A DNA stretch of 64,000 bases, from the NCBI GenBank assembly GCA_002269645.1, contig NIVC01000975.1, forward strand, positions 310,001 to 374,000, given 5' to 3'. The DNA is from Macrostomum lignano. Its lineage: Eukaryota. The translations under genes and the position numbers were made by a program. The first letter of the stretch is position 1. Every line of letters begins with the position of its first letter. This document shows positions 48,166 to 58,534 of this stretch, one piece after another. Below the pieces are notes generated by a model. The model saw only the letters and a list, made by a program, of their open reading frames with translations. It ran no database searches and had not been told where the DNA came from.

Positions 48166-49688
48166 TCACACAAATTTAAAGTCGGGTTTCACAGCCCACG
48201 GCACGACCTTGCGCTCGTACAGGTGCTCTCCTATTGGCTCCTTGATGCCGGGAGGCAGGGTCGCCAAGTACACAGGTGTGTCAGCACCTTCATAGATAGT
48301 CTTGGGTCCCCTGTGGCTAGACATATCCGTGTCCACATAGCCGGGACAGCAGCAGTTGATCACAATGTCGTCTCCCTTGATATCCCTGGCCTGGGCATAG
48401 GTCATGAGACGGACGCCCACCTTGGAGACGCCGTAGGCGGTCTGCGGCCAGCCGGCCTCCTGCACTGGGCCGGCCTTGGCTCGGGCCACGAAATCCGACA
48501 TGAGCTGCTTAACCTGCGGTTGAGGAGGGGGGGGTTGATTTGGTTATGTCTATGGTAAACACTGCCTGGAGCCTACAGCTTTGGTTATGTCTATGGTAAA
48601 CACTGTCCGCAGCCTATAAGATTGGTTATGTCTATGGTAAACACTGTCCGCAGCCTATGAGATTGGTTATGTCTATGGTAAACACTGTCCGCAGCCTACA
48701 GCTTTGGTTTGTGTCTATGGTAAACACTGTCCGCAGCCTACAGCTTTGATTATGTCTATGGTAAACACTGTCCGCAGCCTACAGCTTTGATTATGTCTAT
48801 GGTAAACACTGTCCGCAGCCTACAGCTTTGGTTATGTCTATGGTAAACACTGTCCGCAGCCTACAGCTTTGGTTATGTCTATGGTAAACACTGTCCGCAG
48901 CCTACAGCTTTGGTTTGTGTCTATGGTAAACACTGTCCGCAGCCTACAGCTTTGGTTATGTCTATGGTAAACACTGTCCGCAGCCTACAGCTTTGGTTTG
49001 TGTCCATGGTAAACACTGTCGGCGGTCTATAAGATTGGTTATGTCTATGGTAGACACTGTCCAGAGCCTATAAAATTGGTTATGTCTATGGTAAACACTG
49101 TCGGGAGCATACATGACTAGTTATGCCTGTAAGTCTTAAAGTTACAGTAAAGTGTTGCACATCACTTCAAAGACAGCACTTAACCTCATCCAGACTCATG
49201 GGCTGCGTGAGCTTCTTCTGCAACTCCGGAGAAGCCTTGTTGAGTGCCATATCGCTAACGCTGCTGCACAGGTGCACAACCCGAGCGTGCGGCTTCAGCA
49301 GAGGGAACAGCGCATCACAGACACGCAGAGTGCTCCAAAAGTTGGTTGCTATGGTGACCTCTGCTTGCTCGGCGAACGGCGCGGTCGAGTCGCCTTTATA
49401 GGCAATGCCAGCATTGTTAACGAGGATGTCGAGGCCTCCGTAGGTGCCTTTAAGGTAGGCGGCGAGGCGGTCCACGCTCTCCTGACTGTCGATGTCCAGC
49501 TGGTGAAATCGCGGCTCGACTCCGCGCTGCTTCAACTGGCTCAGAGCATCGGCGCCGCGAGCTTCATCGCGCGAGGTCACATAGACGGCCCAGCTGGAGC
49601 CCAGCTGCTTGCAGAGCTGCTCCACAATGGCGAACCCGATGCCCTTGTTGGAGCCGGTCACTACGGCCACCTTCAGTGCTGAGGCCAT
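48166..49688 (-). CDS. CBR1: Carbonyl reductase-like SDR, copy B; exons 49185..49688 and 48166..48513
   Basis: Near-identical to copy A with the same exon lengths (504+348 nt); has NNAG and YGVSK; donor reads GTTAAG. Confidence 0.9.
48540..49105. repeat. 41-bp minisatellite in the CBR copy B intron
   Basis: Same family as 45688..46045, about 14 copies, dominated by the CTACAGCTT variant. Confidence 0.95.
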
Positions 49689-49734
49689 GGCGCTGCAATA
49701 GGGGACAGGAACTCAGGGATCATATTATAGGTCA

Positions 49735-50260
49735 CCCCCGGATTCCCCTGAGATTTTCCTCGGATTTCCTAGAATTGCGCTTAAGACTATCGGCGGATTT
49801 CCTTGCATTTTCTCCGGTTTCCTTTGAATGCACTTTGGATTCCACTGGGATTTTCCCCGGGTTCCCATGAAATCTCCTCTGGCTTTCCTTGGGATTCTCC
49901 TCGAATTTCCCCTGGTATTCCGTAGAGTTACAACTAGGATTCTCCTTGAGTTCTCACTGGGATTCTATTTGGGTTATACAGGGATTCGCCTTGGGTTTCT
50001 TCCTGGGTTCCACCTGGGATTCTCCACGGGTTGCCCCTGGGATTCTCCACGGGTTGCTCTGGGATTCTCTTAGGATTCCCTCTGGGATTCTGATCGGGTT
50101 TCACATAGGATTCCCTCGAGTTCTCACTGGGATTTTCCTCGAGTTCCTACTGGGATTCTCCTCGGGTTTTTCCTAGGATTCCCTCGAGTTCCTACTGGGA
50201 TTCTCATCGGGTTTTTCCTAGGATTCCCTCGAGTTCCTACTGGGATTCTCCTTGGCTTCT
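49735..50260. repeat. Degenerate GGGATTCYC-rich repeat upstream of CBR copy B
   Basis: Recurrent GGGATTC/GGATTCCCT motifs with irregular period. Confidence 0.65.
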
Positions 50261-50729
50261 AGAATGGACAGAATGGATCTTCTACAGTCATATTTCCATT
50301 GAGTCTCTATTTAATCCTAGACTCTATAGTACTTTTTTCTAAAGTATACTCGTACTCTCAGCAGTAAACTTGGCAGTAAAACAAAAATGAAAATCAACAC
50401 TAGCAATACATGAAAAACTAAAGCAAACAGTTTCTAATTGGCCTACACTCAATTATATTTCAAGAACAGTACACTAAAAATAAATAGAAAATACAGACAG
50501 CAGCCACTCCAGAAAGAGAGAAAAATCAATATACAAGTAGTGTCGAAACTCCGGGCCATAACAATTACTACAATACATATCGGCAGCAGCAGATGGTTTC
50601 CAATGCAGCAGTATTTGCGCAACACGGAGGAGCGCCTTTTTTAATATCGCGTACGCAAAAATATCGAATACTCTTTTATCTACTACCACTTAGCTGACGG
50701 ACACAACGCACCAGCACTGGAACGCGCAA

Positions 50730-51011
50730 CTACCTGTAGTAAAAGTACAAGTAGTAGCAGCCAGCGGAAAACAGCAGCATAGCCGCAGCAATACCGATTC
50801 TGGTTGACCACCGCTTTCGCCACCGTTTCACCTCCCAGTTCTTCATGTTGGCTCGCATCCGATCGATCTGTTCCTGGGTTCGGCGCAACCGCTCCGATTT
50901 GCTTCTGCGCCGGATTTCTGCGCCAGCTGGAGTCCATTGTGCTGGATCGGCGTCAGGCTCTGCGGACTCTTCTTCGAAGGCTGCCGGCGAGGCCTCTTCT
51001 GGGGTAGACAT
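50730..51011 (-). CDS. Small (93 aa) protein with coiled coil and C-terminal TM helix, unidentified
   Basis: ATG 7 nt after an acceptor-like CTTCAG, with GC-rich codon usage like the neighbouring genes. Acidic N-terminus, then ERLRRTQEQIDRMRANMKNW, then hydrophobic IGIAAAMLLFSAGCYYLYFYY. Possible donor GTAGTT just before the stop. Confidence 0.65.
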   Translation of the reverse strand: MSTPEEASPAAFEEESAEPDADPAQWTPAGAEIRRRSKSERLRRTQEQIDRMRANMKNWEVKRWRKRWSTRIGIAAAMLLFSAGCYYLYFYYR

Positions 51012-51116
51012 GCTTCTGCTGAAGTGTGTGCGAGTGACTGACACATGTACGCGCACTCTACTATTAGTAGGCACTAATACTCTAGATCAAAAACAATTTA
51101 TTTGCGACCTGAGAGG

Positions 51117-51800
51117 TGCAAGACAAGAGATGGAGGGGAGATGCAAGATAAGAGACAGATGGAGGGGAGGGGATGCAAGATAAGAGACAGATGGAGGGGA
51201 GGGGATGCAAGATAAGAGACAGATGGAGGGGAGGGGATGCAAGATAAGAGACAGATGGAGGGGAGGGGATGCAAGATAAGAGACAGATGGAGGGGAGGGG
51301 ATGCAAGATAAGAGACAGATGGAGGGGAGGGGATGCAAGATAAGAGACAGATGGAGGGGAGGGGATGCAAGATAAGAGACAGATGGAGGGGAGGGGATGC
51401 AAGATAAGAGACAGATGGAGGGGAGGGGATGCAAGATAAGAGACAGATGGAGGGGAGGGGATGCAAGATAAGAGACAGATGGAGGGGAGGGGATGCAAGA
51501 TAAGAGACAGATGGAGGGGAGGGGATGCAAGATGAGAGACAGATGGAGGGGAGGGGATGCAAGATTAGAGACAGATGGAGGGGAGGGGATGCAAGATGAG
51601 AGACAGATGGAGGGGAGGGGATGCAAGATGAGAGACAGATGGAGGGGAGGGGATGCAAGATAAGAGACAGATGGAGGGGAGGGGATGCAAGATAAGAGAC
51701 AGATGGAGGGGAGGGGATGCAAGATGAGAGACAGATGGAGGGGAGGGGATGCAAGATAAGAGACAGATGGAGGGGAGGGGAGATGCAAGACAAGAGACAG
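51117..51800. repeat. 32-bp purine-rich minisatellite
   Basis: (GATGCAAGATAAGAGACAGATGGAGGGGAGGG)n, about 21 copies. Confidence 0.98.
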
Positions 51801-52791
51801 ATGGGGGAAATGCAAGGAAGGATTTACAGCAAGAGTGGATATTACAACAGTTAAAAGCAATGAAGCTCCAAGACTTGTATCCTCATCGAGAAATGAGATT
51901 AATAAACAGAATTCCGATAGCAGAAGACTCAAGCGCGGTATTAATTTCAAACTTCATTAAAAAAAACAAAGTCAAACGAAAGTACGACGCAAATTTTCGC
52001 TAGAGTTTGAAAAAAAGATCTGCTTATTAAAACAAAACTGTATACAAGACAAAAAAGGGCTACAAAAGCAGGGTTACGAAAAGCCATACTAAAAATGTGG
52101 TCTGGTAGTTTTATTACAGAGATTCATCAAGCAGAGAAATTGATTGATTGGTCGTTAGTCGCAAGACTATATGAAAAAGCTCCAGGCTGACACACAAGAA
52201 GACGCTGGATTTTATAATTATTTACAAAATTAATACTATTTGTGAGTTTTTTATTTACCTGGCTAGAGCGATCCGGCAACTGCGGATGACCAGAAAGGAA
52301 ATTAAAATTAAAATTACAGCAATAATAAATATGATTATTCTAAGCAGAGATTGTATTTAGACCATAGAAAAGACAGGCATTAATATCAGAGATTTGCCGC
52401 ACTGTCTAATAAAATTCCAGCTCATCATCCAAGCCATAGAATATTTTATTACAGATTTTAATTGCATAGCAACTGCGTAGCAACCGCATAGCAACAGCGT
52501 AGCAACCACATAGTAACCGTAATACCGCATAGCAACCACACAAGGCAACCACACAAGGCAATGTCCCCACATCTTAAAATTCTGAAATAATAATCAATAA
52601 ATTTATCGAGCTGTTTCTATGGCTACTTTCGCTTATATTTATCATACAAAACATTGAAAAACATGCAAGTATCTTTTGATCCGAGGAAAAAGTCATACAC
52701 AGACGCGCGCACACCTCGAGTTGATATTATAAATCAACGAAAAAAAATGATACATGTTCAAAATGAGTGAAAGCGACCAGCTGGCAGAGCG

Positions 52792-55700
52792 TCAAGCTGC
52801 TCCCATCTGATAAACCAGGTAGGCGCCCAGGGCAGTCAGCAGCGAGATCCAGGCCAGGTCGCGCAGACGAACGACAGGCGTTGGAATCGGCTTGAAGGCG
52901 GCTTCAGCAGCATCGACGCCCGCAGCTGCTGCCCTCTTGTCGTCGGCAGCTTCGTCTTCCTCATTGTACAGTGGAAATGGAACGCCGCCGCCGCCACCGC
53001 CGCTAAGCCTGTGCTGGCAGCTCAGCCAGGTGGTCCTCTGCCTGTCCAGGTTACCCCGCAACAGACTATAAGCGTTATCGTTTATTGCTGAAGAATGATT
53101 GCTGCCGCCGCTGCTACTAGAAGAAGATTCGTCATCAGAGTCGCCGGCCTCCGCGAAGCTGTTATTAGCCATGCCGAATTGTCGCCTGTCGGCCTCGTCG
53201 ATGCTAAACGACAAACTGTCGGCCCGATCGACTCCGTTAGCCAGTATCGCCCGGCCGCCCATGACAACGGCCTGGTAGCAGAACCGCAGCTGGTCCGGCG
53301 TCTGCACCAGGCCCATGCGGTCGCAGCGGAGGCGCCGGATCTCGCCGGGCAGGTCAACTCCGTAGAGGCTGCCACGACGGGCGATCAAAGCCAGGCAGAC
53401 GTCTATGACTGCCAGGCTGCCTGTCCGGCCAATCCCCGCCGAGCAGTGGACAACCGGCGGCCTGTCCGGGTCAGACAGGAGGCCCGAACGGCGGACAGCC
53501 ATCAGGAAGTTCAGGAAAGCGCCCGGAGTCTGCGGCACCCCGAAATCCGGCCAAGTCAAGTACTGATAGTGCAGCAGGTCTCGAACTGCGGACGCCGGCT
53601 CCGGATCGCTGGTTTTATTGCTTAGCAACGACAACCGGAAGCCGCGAACAATGTAATAGCCAAATGATTCGGAAGAGACCAGCTCGACTCGCAGGCCAAC
53701 GTCCGGACAATCGACTCGTTTCGTTCGCTCGTCCGGAAAATACGGATGACATTTGAGGGCGCCTTTTTCAAATACTCGATTGAGCATGACGACTCCGCGA
53801 CTGCGCAGCTGCCACACCATCAGCCAGAAGTGGCCGACCGTGGCCGGCAGAGGGCCCTGGGCCATGGCGAACACCCGGCCGGCGTGCTCGGCTCGAACTA
53901 TGCTGGCATTGATGTAATCCCCGCTCAGGCCCAGGCTGCTGGCGTGCGACCGGCTGATCGGGGAGAGCCGCACCTACAGAGTTAATATCATTTGGAACAT
54001 TATAGATTTTGGAGATCATTAGGCAAATTATGGGATTTTTGGATAATTTGCGAGATTATGGGATTTAGGGATCAGTTAGGAGATCATGGGATCCGGGGAT
54101 AATCGGATGTGGGGATCATTTTGGGATTATCGGATTTGTGGATAATTTAGAAAAATTTGGAGACTATGGTATTTGGATAATTTGGGGGATTATGGAATTG
54201 GAATCATTTGGGAGATTAGATGATGTAGTTATTATTTAGGGATTATGAATGTGAAGCTTTTTTGGTAGATGGGATCCGAGGATCATTTGGGGATTTATGA
54301 AATTTGGGGTTCATTTGAGGATTAATGGGATTTGGGGATTAATGGGATTTGGGGATTAATAGGATTTGGGGGTAATTTGGGGATTAATGGGATTTGGGGG
54401 TCATTCGGGGATTAATGGGATTTAGGGATCATTTGGGGATTTATGGGATTTGGGAATAATTTGGGGATTTATGTTGTTCTGTTGTTGTCGGGGATTTATG
54501 GGATTTGGGATTAATTTGGGGATTTATGTTGTTCTGTTCTTGTTGGGGAATTATGGGATTTGGGAATAATTTGGGGACTTATGGAAGTCGGGGATCAGTC
54601 AGGATTGATCAAATTATCTAATTCATAAGCAGTCAATTCTGGGGATTCAAGCAATCTATCAACTACTGCAAGATAATTGACAGCATTCAAGAATATATTG
54701 AAGCCAGTTTTACCCGGCTATGGTCGTAGGGCAGCACGTCGCGGTACCGGTTGAGCAGCCGATTATCCGGATGCCTGGCAGCCGCCGTGCTCAGCGCAGC
54801 CGACGAAGGTCCGTCCGAACCCGAGGCCAGGCTCAATCGTCTATAAGCGTCCTGCCATAGGTTTCGCTCGTCATTGTTAGCCAGCTCAAGCTCTATGGCC
54901 GACAGCATCTCCCGGTGATTCGGGTGGCGGTACAGCGGCGAACCGCTGCGATCCACCGCCGCCTGGTCCACTGCTCCCGAATCCACTCTGTATTGAGTGC
55001 AGGCAACGGAGGCCGCTGGAGCGTCTGCGTGCTTGGTACTAAAACCTTTGCTATCAAAAGCTGGGTCCGATTCTCCGGGCAGACTTGATGGTGGATTGCA
55101 ATCTAAATTATAGACAGTACGAGTTCAGGTAATACAGGGATTTGAACTTGCGACACTTGGAATTGTGGGATTCAAATATTAAATATTGGCGGGAAGGCTG
55201 CGCGCACCCTGAAGCATTGCCTTTAGCGACATTGTCTCACGACCAGCCCGGAAGCAATTCTGCCCATTCCGCGACTCCGAGCACATTCAAGCTGCTCTCC
55301 ATGGGATCAAAACAGATACCCCGTGGGATTAAGACAGCCACCTCCATGGGATTAAGACAGCCACACCCATGGGATTAAGACAGCCATCCGATGGGATTAA
55401 GACAGCCACCCCCATGGGATTAAGACAGCCATCCGATGGGATTAAGACAGCCATCCGATGGGATTAAGACAGCCATCCCCATGGGATTAAAAAAAGACAG
55501 CTTACTTTCAGCCCCTATCCCATGGGATTAAGACAGCCACCCCGTGGGATTACGATAGCCATCCCATGGGATTAAAAAAAGACATCACTTTCAGCCCCCA
55601 CCCCATGGGATTAGGACAGCTCACCTTCAGCAGGCTGATCAGCGGCGGCAGCAACAGCAGCTCGAATCTCCTCGTCGAACTCGTCCAATCCGCCGGAATC

Positions 55701-55919
55701 TTCGCCCTCGCTATCCGAATCGAACAGTGGATTAGCAAACTGCTGCTGTCTCGACTCGCTAGATAGTTCTTCGCCTTCAACTAAACACGACTCCTCCGAG
55801 TCAGCTCGGACAGTCTCGGACACTGGGTCGTCCGCTTTTGGACACCCGGAATCGGCTTCTGTCCGGTTATCGTCTTCCACAAGTGCGGACTGACGCCGCT
55901 GAACGGAGATAGCATCAGA
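52792..55919 (-). CDS. PTPN1: Non-receptor tyrosine phosphatase, PTP1B/TC-PTP family, with C-terminal membrane anchor; exons 55625..55919, 54714..55102, 52792..53973 (start codon unresolved)
   Basis: NRYRDVLPYDHSRV, DYINAS, QGPLPATVGHFW, WPDFGVP, VVHCSAGIGRTG and RMGLVQTPDQLRFCY, plus a C-terminal hydrophobic AWISLLTALGAYLVY. Intron phases (1, 0) are consistent. The first in-frame ATG is only at 54908. Confidence 0.9.
53995..54600. repeat. Degenerate GGGATT-rich repeat in PTP intron 2
   Basis: Recurrent GGGGATTAATGGGATTT/GGGATTTATG units. Confidence 0.75.
55305..55615. repeat. 23-bp minisatellite in PTP intron 1
   Basis: Unit CCATGGGATTAAGACAGCCAYCC, about 10 copies. Confidence 0.9.
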
Positions 55920-56490
55920 CTGAAGATTGACACGGGCTCAGATAGATAAATAAGCATTGCATAGTTGGCTTTAGAGATAACTTGCACTTCTGCCCATAGA
56001 CGAAACAATTAGCTGGCAAGTACCAACTGGGAGCGGGGGCAATTTCATCAAGCCACTGGTTACTGGCACAGATACAAAGTACGCTGAATGGTTCACTTAA
56101 CTATATTTATAACAAAACTACTCTCTGTTCAGTAGTATGAGCGTAAAAAGCAACATTTATTTATTCAACTAGCTCTGATGGTTTTTATCCACTGCCAAGC
56201 TTGGCATAGCATAGATAAAAGAGAATCTTTATATGAAACCTACTTTTTATATATATGTTAGAAATTAGATTTAAAACTGTAGAATTCCATACTTTAACTC
56301 TTATCACTGGCTAAAGGTGGGCTTAAAAGAAACTCAAATTAGGGCAATATTTTATTTTAACTACAATGGTGCCACACTAAATTCAGATTTGTTTTGCTTA
56401 TATTACGGCTCGTATTCATAAATGTAATGATTGTCTTTTTTGTATAAATTTTAAATTATCAAATGCTTAAACTCTAACACTCATGCTTGG

Positions 56491-56646
56491 GCACAACCTA
56501 GGGATTCACCCAGCCATTTCTATTGGCAACACACACGTGTAAGTTGCTATTGGATGGAATAGTAGTCACGTGACTACTCTCAGCCAATAGCAACTTACAT
56601 GTGTGTGTTGCCAATAGAAATGACTAAGTGATTCCCAAGGTTGCGC
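56491..56646. mobile_element. 156-bp imperfect palindrome, probable hairpin MITE
   Basis: The arm CATTTCTATTGGCAACACACACGTGTAAGTTGCTATTGG is mirrored about the central GTAGTCACGTGACTAC, and symmetry extends to GCACAACC/GGTTGCGC. Confidence 0.6.
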
Positions 56647-56884
56647 ATATATGCTAACACTACATGCTCTCACTTGATTCACAATGTTTCATTTTCCCAT
56701 ACTAGTAGTAGTTCTGATTTTTCAAAATTGATTAAACATTACATTTTTTATTAAAAAGGTCAAGATTATAGTTATATATTAAAGCATATCATTTGATCAA
56801 CATCCTTGCAACTAAGCAGAAATTTTCCCATTTGCAAAGTTATGGCTTATAGCAATGTAAATTATTGCTATAAGTAGGGATTAA

Positions 56885-58534
56885 CCCTAATGAAAAAGGT
56901 TAAAATCAATGTGTCCATTGTGTGCCTATAGTCTACTTTTATCTTATAGACTTTGAATACTCAAAAGTTGCAATGTACAATGTTTTTAAATGCATTAATT
57001 TTAATTGCTACTATTCACTTTGGATTCTAATCCTTGAACTTTTATACTCAATATTATAAGTATATTATATTATAAACTATATTATTATAAATATGTATAT
57101 GCCTAGCAAATATTTAGATTAGTTTAATGAAATTTACTAAATTTATTAAAATATAAAAGGGTAACAAAGCATACGACTTATACTTGTAAATGCCATTCCA
57201 AAAGTCTTCAGAATGGAAAAGAAATCTAAATAAAACTTTTTGTTTGTCAACTTTAACCTATAAACTAAATTATTATCAGAAATATATATTAAGTCTTGTT
57301 GCCATTTACTTAGCCAACTCTGATTTAGAGTCTAATTAGCACAAACCCTATGCTAAAAGTCATGGAGCTTAAAAAATTGCAATTTTCTTATAATTATTCA
57401 CTATGATTTTAAGTGCAACCTGAAACTAGCAAAATGTTTTTCTCAGCTTGCAATACCCTTTCCCAATGAGTTTCTATCTTAATTGACTATGTATAACTAT
57501 TGCAACCCTATGCACTGTGCATACAATAACTTTTTGCTTTGCACATTGTATATGGGAGGGTGGGATCAAATCCACTGAGTGTATTGATGGACTAAAATGA
57601 GGGTTGCAAGTTGGGGCATTGTGACAACAAAGGAATAAAGGACTTTTTTGTGTTGCAACAATAAAGGACCTTTTTGCATTGTAACAATTTTTTTATTTTT
57701 TGAGACTGCAAATAAACAATGCTTTTAGAAATGCTTCCTTTGTTGCAACCTAAATATATTTTTTTGATTTTCATTTTTTGCATTTTCTATATTTCTCTTA
57801 CCATTAATTTATAATACTTACTTCAAAAGTGACAAGTATCACATATTTTTTATAAAAAGACTAAAAATTTCTGTGGCCCAGCTACTAGATAGCTTTAACT
57901 ATGGTGCTATGCATGTTTTACTTTTTGTATACCATATTATTGCTGTGCAAAGCTTGCCAAAAACCTTTTTAACTCCTTGATGCATGCCATGCATGTAGTA
58001 CTAGACTGCCTGGGACCTAGCATCTTTGCAATTGTGGATTGCAATAGGGCCTATCTAAGTCTTTGGAATCTATATACTCAATAAGTACTATATTTGCAAT
58101 CATATGAGCAGAGATTGGTTAAGATAGACTAGTATAAAAAATGCTTAAAATGTTAAGAAAGCCTCAAGGAATCTAGTTGACATTGTTAGAGGCAATAATA
58201 CTTAGATATACTAATATGACTCAAAGTCAAAGACAAATTGTTAATCAATAGTCTAATCTAATACTTTTCTATCATTATCAATATATAGACCCTAGAATGT
58301 TAGAAACAAGATAGGGACCTCCTTTATCATTGTTTCTAGCTATCTAGTTTTAGTGTCCCTAGATAATCATTGTACAATGACTATAGCATAGCATGGTATA
58401 CTAGCTATTACTTTCAAACTACAAAAGTAAACTACAAACTACAAAGTACTTACAAAACTTTCAAATAAACTACATGTATTGAATACTGAATAATATTTAA
58501 GTACTTTGTTAAAACTTTTTTGTCATTAAAAGGG
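56885..58534. mobile_element. Possible piggyBac-like non-autonomous element
   Basis: TTAA|CCCTAATGAAAAA at the left and (reverse complement) TTAA|CCCTTTTAATGACAAAA at the right; very AT-rich interior with no transposase ORF. Confidence 0.35.

Noticed and set aside
50474-50689. 71-aa minus-strand ORF as a further gene or exon
   Set aside because: AT-rich, no recognisable motif and no convincing in-phase acceptor; probably 3' UTR.
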